DNA of 32,272 nucleotides, taken from contig NEEC01000065.1 in assembly GCA_002189035.1 (NCBI GenBank), positions 1 through 32,272 on the forward strand, in the 5' to 3' direction. The notes beneath the pieces are model-generated. The model had not been told where the DNA came from and ran no database searches. It saw only the letters and a program-made list of their open reading frames with translations. This document shows, in pieces, positions 1 to 9,700 of this stretch. A program made the translations under genes and the position numbers. Every line of letters starts with the position of its first letter. Positions within the stretch are counted from its first letter, which is position 1. This DNA comes from Utricularia gibba (lineage: Eukaryota > Plantae > Magnoliophyta).

Positions 1-2498
1 GTGCACCCAAAGACCGCCTGCTCAAGTATAAAGTAAGTTGTTGAAAAAATCATGTGGGGTGCACGTGATATCGCAATTTAAACAAATGCAACATTGTATT
101 CATCGATTTGCATCCTTTTCCTCATGAGCCATAAAGAATCGCGGGCCCGGACCAAGTTCCTAGCGAGACTGGCCGCCACAAAAACGAGAAGCTGTTCCTT
201 GAAAAACCATGTAGGCAACACGAAAACCGAACGTTAATAAATACATCACTTTCTTTGCCGGGCTACAACTTACTTTGGGCCAAGGCCTAAGCTGACCTTT
301 TTCCGGTTCCAAGTGCCCCCAAGACCGCCTCCTCATGTATAAAGTATGTTGTTAAAAAATCATGTGGGGTGCACGTGACATCGTAATTTAAACAAATGCA
401 TCATTTTTTTTAATCGATTTGCATCCAGTTGACCTCATGAGCCATACAGAATCGGGTCAAGGACCAAGTTCCCAGCGAGATTGGCCGCCACAAAACGAGA
501 AGCGGTTCCTTGAAAAACCATGTAGGCAGCCCCCGAAAACCGAACGATAATAAATACATCACTTTATTTGCCGGACTACAACTAACTCTCGGTGCAAGCC
601 AAACCTTACCTTTGTCCGTTCCAGGTGCACCCAAAGACCGCCTGCTCAAGTATAAAGTAAGTTGTTGAAAAAATCATGTGGGGTGCACGTGATATCGCAA
701 TTTAAACAAATGCAACATTGTATTCATCGATTTGCATCCTTTTGTCCTCATGAGCCATAAAGAATCGCGGGCCCGGACCAAGTTCCTAGCGAGACTGGCC
801 GCCACAAAACGAGAAGCTGTTCCTTGAAAAACCATGTAGGCAACACGGAAAACCGAACGTTAATAAATACATCACTTTCTTTGCCGGGCTACAACTTACT
901 TTGGGCCAAGGCCTAAGCTGATCTTTTTCCGGTTCCAAGTGCCCCAAAAGACCGCTTCTCATGTATAAAAGTAAGTTGTTGAAAAAATCATGTGGGGTGC
1001 ACGTGACATCATAATTTAAACAAATGGATCATTTTTTTTAATCGATTTGCATCCAGTTGACCTCATGAGCCATATAGAATCGGGGTCAAGGACCAAGTTC
1101 CCAGCGAGACTGGCCGCCACAAACGAGAAGCGGTTCCTTGAAAAACCATGTAGGCAGCCCCGAAAACCGAACGATAATAAATACATCACTTTATTTGCGG
1201 ACTACAACTAACTCTCGGGCAAGCCAAACCTTACCTTTGTCCTTTCCAGGTGCACCCAAGACCGCCTCCTCAAGTATAAAGTAAGTTGTTGAAAAAAATC
1301 ATGTGGGGTGCACGTGATATCGCAATTTAAACAAATGCAACATTGTATTCATCGATTTGCATCCTTTTGTCCTCATGAGCCATAAAGAATCGCGGGCCCG
1401 GACCAAGTTCCTAGCGAGACTGGCCGCCACAAAAACGAGAAGCTGTTCCTTGAAAAACCATGTAGGCAACACGAAAACCGAACGTTAATAAATACATCAC
1501 TTTCTTTGCCGGGCTACAACTTACTTTGGGCCAAGGCCTAAGCTGACTTTTTCCGGTTCCAAGTGCCCCCAAGACCGCCTCCTCATGTATAAAGTATGTT
1601 GTTAAAAAATCATGTGGGGTGCACGTGACATCGTAATTTAAACAAATGGATCATTTTTTTAATCGATTTGCATCCAGTTGACCTCATGAGCCATACAGAA
1701 TCGGGGTCAAGGACAAGTTCCAGCGAGACTGGCCGCCACAAAACGAGAAGCGGTTCCTTGAAAAACCATGTAGGCAGCCCCCGAAAACCGAACGATAATA
1801 AATACATCACTTTATTTGCCGGACTACAACTAACTCTCGGTGCAAGCCAAACCTTACTTTGTCCCGTTCCAGGTGCACCAAAGACCGCCTGCTCAAGTAT
1901 AAAGTAAGTTGTTGAAAAAATCATGTGGGGTGCACGTGATATCGCAATTTAAACAAATGCAACATTGTATTCATCGATTTGCATCCTTTTGTCCTCATGA
2001 GCCATAAAGAATCGCGGGCCCGGACCAAGTTCCTAGCGAGACTGGCCGCCACAAAACGAGAAGCTGTTCCTTGAAAAACCATGTAGGCAACACCGAAAAC
2101 CGAACGTTAATAAATACATCACTTTCTTTGCCGGGCTACAACTTACTTTGGGCCAAGGCCTAAGCTGATTTTTCCGGTTCCAAGTGCCCCAAAGACCGCC
2201 TCCTCAGTATAAAGTATGTTGTTAAAAAAAATCATGTGGGGTGCACGTGACATCGTAATTTAAACAAATGCATCATTTTTTTTAATCGATTTGCATCCAG
2301 TTGACCTCATGAGCCATACAGAATCGGGGTCAAGGACCAAGTTCCCAGCGAGACTGGCCGCCACAAAACGAGAAGCGGTTCCTTGAAAAACCATGTAGGC
2401 AGCCCCCGAAAACCGAACGATAATAAATACATCACTTTATTTGCCGGACTACAACTAACTCTCGGTGCAAGCCAAACCTTACCTTTGTCCCGTTCCAG

Positions 2499-2812
2499 GT
2501 GCACCCAAAGACCGCCTGCTCAAGTATAAAGTAAGTTGTTGAAAAAATCATGTGGGGTGCACGTGATATCGCAATTTAAACAAATGCAACATTGTATTCA
2601 TCGATTTGCATCCTTTTGTCCTCATGAGCCATAAAGAATCGCGGGCCCGGACCAAGTTCCTAGCGAGACTGGCCGCCACAAAACGAGAAGCTGTTCCTTG
2701 AAAAACCATGTAGGCAACACCGAAAACCGAACGTTAATAAATACATCACTTTCTTTGCCGGGCTACAACTTACTTTGGGCCAAGGCCTAAGCTGATCTTT
2801 TTCCGGTTCCAA
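2499..2812 (+). repeat. Representative A monomer (314 bp)
   Basis: Diagnostic A alleles: CCTGCTCAAG, GATATCGCAATT, GCAACATTGTATTC, CATCCTTTTGTCC, AATCGCGGGCCCGG, GGCAACACCG, GAACGTTAAT, and tail CTTACTTTGGGCCAAGGCCTAAGCTG. Hand count gives G=64, C=77 (44.9% GC). Confidence 0.95.
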
Positions 2813-3438
2813 GTGCACCCAAAGACCGCCTTCTCATGTATAAAGTAAGTTGTTGAAAAAATCATGTGGGGTGCACGTGACATCATAATTTAAACAAATG
2901 GATCATTTTTTTTAATCGATTTGCATCCAGTTGACCTCATGAGCCATACAGAATCGGGGTCAAGGACCAAGTTCCCAGCGAGACTGGCCGCCACAAAACG
3001 AGAAGCGGTTCCTTGAAAAACCATGTAGGCAGCCCCGAAAACCGAACGATAATAAATACATCACTTTATTTGCCGGACTACAACTAACTCTCGGGCAAGC
3101 CAAACCTTACCTTTGTCCGTTCCAGTGCACCCAAAGACCGCCTGCTCAAGTATAAAGTAAGTTGTTGAAAAAATCATGTGGGGTGCACGTGATATCGCAA
3201 TTTAAACAAATGCAACATTGTATTCATCGATTTGCATCCTTTTGTCCTCATGAGCCATAAAGAATCGCGGGCCCGGACCAAGTTCCTAGCGAGACTGGCC
3301 GCCACAAAACGAGAAGCTGTTCCTTGAAAAACCATGTAGGCAACACCGAAAACCGAACGTTAATAAATACATCACTTTCTTTGCCGGGCTACAACTTACT
3401 TTGGGCCAAGGCCTAAGCTGATCTTTTTCCGGTTCCAA

Positions 3439-3753
3439 GTGCCCCCAAGACCGCCTCCTCATGTATAAAGTATGTTGTTAAAAAAATCATGTGGGGTGCA
3501 CGTGACATCGTAATTTAAACAAATGCATCATTTTTTTTAATCGATTTGCATCCAGTTGACCTCATGAGCCATACAGAATCGGGGTCAAGGACCAAGTTCC
3601 CAGCGAGACTGGCCGCCACAAAACGAGAAGCGGTTCCTTGAAAAACCATGTAGGCAGCCCCCGAAAACCGAACGATAATAAATACATCACTTTATTTGCC
3701 GGACTACAACTAACTCTCGGTGCAAGCCAAACCTTACCTTTGTCCCGTTCCAG
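3439..3753 (+). repeat. Representative B monomer, haplotype B1 (315 bp)
   Basis: B body alleles: CATCCAGTTGACC, AATCGGGGTCAAGG, GGCAGCCCCCG, GAACGATAAT, and tail CTAACTCTCGGTGCAAGCCAAACCTTACC. B1 head: GTGCCCCCAAGACCGCCTCCTCATGTATAAAGTATGTTGTTAAAA, followed by CATCGTAATT and ATGCATC. Confidence 0.9.
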
Positions 3754-6700
3754 GTGCACCCAAAGACCGCCTGCTCAAGTATAAAGTAAGTTGTTGAAAA
3801 AATCATGTGGGGTGCACGTGATATCGCAATTTAAACAAATGCAACATTGTATTCATCGATTTGCATCCTTTTGTCCTCATGAGCCATAAAGAATCGCGGG
3901 CCCGGACCAAGTTCCTAGCGAGACTGGCCGCCACAAAACGAGAAGCTGTTCCTTGAAAAACCATGTAGGCAACACCGAAAACCGAACGTTAATAAATACA
4001 TCACTTTCTTTGCCGGGCTACAACTTACTTTGGGCCAAGGCCTAAGCTGATCTTTTTCCGGTTCCAAGTGCCCCAAAGACCGCCTCCTCATGTATAAAGT
4101 ATGTTGTTAAAAAAATCATGTGGGGTGCACGTGACATCGTAATTTAAACAAATGCATCATTTTTTTTAATCGATTTGCATCCAGTTGACCTCATGAGCCA
4201 TACAGAATCGGGGTCAAGGACCAAGTTCCCAGCGAGACTGGCCGCCACAAAACGAGAAGCGGTTCCTTGAAAAACCATGTAGGCAGCCCCCGAAAACCGA
4301 ACGATAATAAATACATCACTTTATTTGCCGGACTACAACTAACTCTCGGTGCAAGCCAAACCTTACCTTTGTCCCGTTCCAGGTGCACCCAAAGACCGCC
4401 TCTCAAGTATAAAGTAAGTTGTTGAAAAAATCATGTGGGGTGCACGTGATATCGCAATTTAAACAAATGCAACATTGTATTCATCGATTTGCATCCTTTT
4501 GTCCTCATGAGCCATAAAGAATCGCGGGCCCGGACCAAGTTCCTAGCGAGACTGGCCGCCACAAAACGAGAAGCTGTTCCTTGAAAAACCATGTAGGCAA
4601 CACCGAAAACCGAACGTTAATAAATACATCACTTTCTTTGCCGGGCTACAACTTACTTTGGGCCAAGGCCTAAGCTGATCTTTTTCCGGTTCCAAGTGCC
4701 CCCAAAGACCGCCTCCTCATGTATAAAGTATGTTGTTAAAAAAATCATGTGGGGTGCACGTGACATCGTAATTTAAACAAATGCATCATTTTTTTTAATC
4801 GATTTGCATCCAGTTGACCTCATGAGCCATACAGAATCGGGGTCAAGGACCAAGTTCCCAGCGAGACTGGCCGCCACAAAACGAGAAGCGGTTCCTTGAA
4901 AAACCATGTAGGCAGCCCCCGAAAACCGAACGATAATAAATACATCACTTTATTTGCCGGACTACAACTAACTCTCGGCAAGCCAAACCTTACCTTTGTC
5001 CGTTCCAGGTGCACCCAAAGACCGCCTGCTCAAGTATAAAGTAAGTTGTTGAAAAAATCATGTGGGGTGCACGTGATATCGCAATTTAAACAAATGCAAC
5101 ATTGTATTCATCGATTTGCATCCTTTTGTCCTCATGAGCCATAAAGAATCGCGGGCCCGGACCAAGTTCCTAGCGAGACTGGCCGCCACAAAACGAGAAG
5201 CTGTTCCTTGAAAAACCATGTAGGCAACACCGAAAACCGAACGTTAATAAATACATCACTTTCTTTGCCGGGCTACAACTTACTTTGGGCCAAGGCCTAA
5301 GCTGACCTTTTTCCGGTTCCAAGTGCCCCAAGACCGCCTTCTCATGTATAAAGTAAGTTGTTGAAAAAATCATGTGGGTGCACGTGACATCGTAATTTAA
5401 ACAAATGCATCATTTTTTTAATCGATTTGCATCCAGTTGACCTCATGAGCCATACAGAATCGGGTCAAGGACCAAGTTCCCAGCGAGACTGGCCGCCACA
5501 AAACGAGAAGCGGTTCCTTGAAAAACCATGTAGGCAGCCCCGAAAACCGAACGATAATAAATACATCACTTTATTTGCCGGACTACAACTAACTCTCGGT
5601 GCAAGCCAAACCTTACCTTTGTCCCGTTCCAGGTGCACCCAAAGACCGCCTGCTCAAGTATAAAGTAAGTTGTTGAAAAAATCATGTGGGGTGCACGTGA
5701 TATCGCAATTTAAACAAATGCAACATTGTATTCATCGATTTGCATCCTTTTGTCCTCATGAGCCATAAAGAATCGCGGGTTCCTAGCGAGACTGGCCGCC
5801 ACAAAACGAGAAGCTGTTCCTTGAAAAACCATGTAGGCAACACCGAAAACCGAACGTTAATAAATACATCACTTTCTTTGCCGGGCTACAACTTACTTTG
5901 GGCCAAGGCCTAAGCTGATCTTTTTCCGGTTCCAAGTGCACCCAAAGACCGCCTCTCAATAAAGTAAGTTGTTGAAAAAATCATGTGGGGTGCACGTGAC
6001 ATCATAATTTAAACAAATGATCATTTTTTTTAATCGATTTGCATCCAGTTGACCTCATGAGCCATACAGAATCGGGGTCAAGGACCAAGTTCCCAGCGAG
6101 ACTGGCCGCCACAAAACGAGAAGCGGTTCCTTGAAAAACCATGTAGGCAGCCCCCGAAAACCGAACGATAATAAATACATCACTTTATTTGCCGGACTAC
6201 AACTAACTCTCGGTGCAAGCCAAACCTTACCTTTGTCCCGTTCCAGGTGCACCCAAAGACCGCCTGCTCAAGTATAAAGTAAGTTGTTGAAAAAATCATG
6301 TGGGGTGCACGTGATATCGCAATTTAAACAAATGCAACATTGTATTCATCGATTTGCATCCTTTTGTCCTCATGAGCCATAAAGAATCGCGGGCCCGGAC
6401 CAAGTTCCTAGCGAGACTGGCCGCCACAAAACGAGAAGCTGTTCCTTGAAAAACCATGTAGGCAACACCGAAAACCGAACGTTAATAAATACATCACTTT
6501 CTTTGCCGGGCTACAACTTACTTTGGGCCAAGGCCTAAGCTGATCTTTTTCCGGTTCCAAGTGCCCCAAGACCGCCTCCTCATGTATAAAGTATGTTGTT
6601 AAAAAAATCATGTGGGGTGCACGTGACATCGTAATTTAAACAAATGGATCATTTTTTTTAATCGATTTGCATCCAGTTGACCTCATGAGCCATACAGAAT

Positions 6701-9700
6701 CGGGGTCAAGGACCAAGTTCCCAGCGAGACTGGCCGCCACAAAACGAGAAGCGGTTCCTTGAAAAACCATGTAGGCAGCCCCCGAAAACCGAACGATAAT
6801 AAATACATCACTTTATTTGCCGGACTACAACTAACTCTCGGTGCAAGCCAAACCTTACCTTTGTCCCGTTCCAGGTGCACCCAAAGACCGCCTGCTCAAG
6901 TATAAAGTAAGTTGTTGAAAAAATCATGTGGGGTGCACGTGATATCGCAATTTAAACAAATGCAACATTGTATTCATCGATTTGCATCCTTTTGTCCTCA
7001 TGAGCCATAAAGAATCGCGGGCCCGGACCAAGTTCCTAGCGAGACTGGCCGCCACAAAACGAGAAGCTGTTCCTTGAAAAACCATGTAGGCAACACCGAA
7101 AACCGAACGTTAATAAATACATCACTTTCTTTGCCGGGCTACAACTTACTTTGGGCCAAGGCCTAAGCTGACTTTTTCCGGTTCCAAGTGCCCCAAAGAC
7201 CGCCTGTATAAAGTAGTTGTTAAAAAATCATGTGGGGTGCACGTGACATCATAATTTAAACAAATGTCATTTTTTTTAATCGATTTGCATCCAGTTGACC
7301 TCATGAGCCATACAGAATCGGGGTCAAGGACCAAGTTCCCAGCGAGACTGGCCGCCACAAACGAGAAGCGGTTCCTTGAAAAACCATGTAGGCAGCCCCC
7401 GAAAACCGAACGATAATAAATACATCACTTTATTTGCCGGACTACAACTCTCGTGCAAGCCAAACCTTACCTTTGTCCCGTTCCAGGTGCACCCAAAGAC
7501 CGCCTGCTCAAGTATAAAGTAAGTTGTTGAAAAAATCATGTGGGGTGCACGTGATATCGCAATTTAAACAAATGCAACATTGTATTCATCGATTTGCATC
7601 CTTTTGTCCTCATGAGCCATAAAGAATCGCGGGCCCGGACCAAGTTCCTAGCGAGACTGGCCGCCACAAAACGAGAAGCTGTTCCTTGAAAAACCATGTA
7701 GGCAACACGAAAACCGAACGTTAATAAATACATCACTTTCTTTGCCGGGCTACAACTTACTTTGGGCCAAGGCCTAAGCTGATCTTTTTCCGGTTCCAAG
7801 TGCCCCAAGACCGCCTCCTCATGTATAAAGTATGTTGTTAAAAAAAATCATGTGGGGTGCACGTGACATCGTAATTTAAACAAATGATCATTTTTTTTAA
7901 TCGATTTGCATCCAGTTGACCTCATGAGCCATACAGAATCGGGGTCAAGGACCAAGTTCCCAGCGAGACTGGCCGCCACAAAACGAGAAGCGGTTCCTTG
8001 AAAAACCATGTAGGCAGCCCCCGAAAACCGAACGATAATAAATACATCACTTTATTTGCCGGACTACAACTAACTCTCGTGCAAGCCAAACCTTACCTTT
8101 GTCCGTTCCAGGTGCACCCAAAGACCGCCTCTCAAGTATAAAGTAAGTTGTTGAAAAAATCATGTGGGGTGCACGTGATATCGCAATTTAAACAAATGCA
8201 ACATTGTATTCATCGATTTGCATCCTTTTGTCCTCATGAGCCATAAAGAATCGCGGGCCCGGACCAAGTTCCTAGCGAGACTGGCCGCCACAAAACGAGA
8301 AGCTGTTCCTTGAAAAACCATGTAGGCAACACCGAAAACCGAACGTTAATAAATACATCACTTTCTTTGCCGGGCTACAACTTACTTTGGGCCAAGGCCT
8401 AAGCTGATCTTTTTCCGGTTCCAAGTGCCCCCCAAGACCGCCTTCTCAGTATAAAGTAAGTTGTTAAAAAAATCATGTGGGGTGCACGTGACATCGTAAT
8501 TTAAACAAATGCATCATTTTTTTTAATCGATTTGCATCCAGTTGACCTCATGAGCCATACAGAATCGGGGTCAAGGACCAAGTTCCCAGCGAGACTGGCC
8601 GCCACAAAACGAGAAGCGGTTCCTTGAAAAACCATGTAGGCAGCCCCCGAAAACCGAACGATAATAAATACATCACTTTATTTGCCGGACTACAACTAAC
8701 TCTGAAGCCAAACCTTACCTTTTCCCGTTCCAGTGCCCCAAAGACCGCCTCTCAAGTATAAAGTAAGTTGTTGAAAAAATCATGTGGGGTGCACGTGATA
8801 TCGCAATTTAAACAAATGCAACATTGTATTCATCGATTTGCATCCTTTTGTCCTCATGAGCCATAAAGAATCGCGGGCCCGGACCAAGTTCCTAGCGAGA
8901 CTGGCCGCCACAAAACGAGAAGCTGTTCCTTGAAAAACCATGTAGGCAACACCGAAAACCGAACGTTAATAAATACATCACTTTCTTTGCCGGGCTACAA
9001 CTTACTTTGGGCCAAGGCCTAAGCTGACTTTTTCCGGTTCCAAGTGCCCCCAAGACCGCCTCCTCATGTATAAAGTATGTTGTTAAAAAAATCATGTGGG
9101 GTGCACGTGACATCGTAATTTAAACAAATGCATCATTTTTTTTAATCGATTTGCATCCAGTTGACCTCATGAGCCATACAGAATCGGGGTCAAGGACCAA
9201 GTTCCCAGCGAGACTGGCCGCCACAAAACGAGAAGCGGTTCCTTGAAAAACCATGTAGGCAGCCCCCGAAAACCGAACGATAATAAATACATCACTTTAT
9301 TTGCCGGACTACAACTAACTCTCGGTGCAAGCCAAACCTTACCTTTGTCCCGTTCCAGGTGCACCCAAAGACCGCCTGCTCAAGTATAAAGTAAGTTGTT
9401 GAAAAAATCATGTGGGGTGCACGTGATATCGCAATTTAAACAAATGCAACATTGTATTCATCGATTTGCATCCTTTTGTCCTCATGAGCCATAAAGAATC
9501 GCGGGCCCGGACCAAGTTCCTAGCGAGACTGGCCGCCACAAAACGAGAAGCTGTTCCTTGAAAAACCATGTAGGCAACACCGAAAACCGAACGTTAATAA
9601 ATACATCACTTTCTTTGCCGGGCTACAACTTACTTTGGGCCAAGGCCTAAGCTGATCTTTTTCCGGTTCCAAGTGCCCCAAAGACCGCCTTCTCAAGTAT

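Noticed and set aside
105-122. 5S rDNA array (TTGCATCC followed by a T-run resembles a plant 5S 3-prime end and terminator; the unit size is plausible)
   Set aside because: The match is limited to about 8 bp. The upstream 110 bp shows no 5S internal control region or other 5S similarity on either strand.
1-629. Hammerhead-ribozyme satellite, retrozyme or viroid-like concatemer (the unit size is similar to newt satellite 2, schistosome Sm-alpha and non-LTR retrozymes)
   Set aside because: No CTGANGA core in the consensus on either strand (TCCTCAG appears only at gap-artefact sites), and no extended rod-like self-complementarity is seen. An Infernal/Rfam scan would close the question.
2403-2418. 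CENP-B-box-like motif on the minus strand of B (TTCGGTTTTCGGG)
   Set aside because: The canonical box needs TTCG-N4-A-N2-CGGG (7-nt gap); here the gap is 5 nt and the central A is absent.
2307-2504. Recurrent 65-aa minus-strand ORF (MHLERDKGKVWLAPRVSC...) and the related short ORFs throughout the track
   Set aside because: They recur only because the DNA repeats. The start is the GTG within the GTGCAC palindrome, I recognise no domain, frames are freely broken by indels between copies, and the A-monomer counterpart is not kept in the same frame.
2775-2820. tRNA/SINE-like A-box (TGGGCCAAGG) and B-box (GGTTCCAAG)
   Set aside because: Both are poor matches to the Pol III consensus, no cloverleaf can be formed, and neither motif is conserved in the B monomer.
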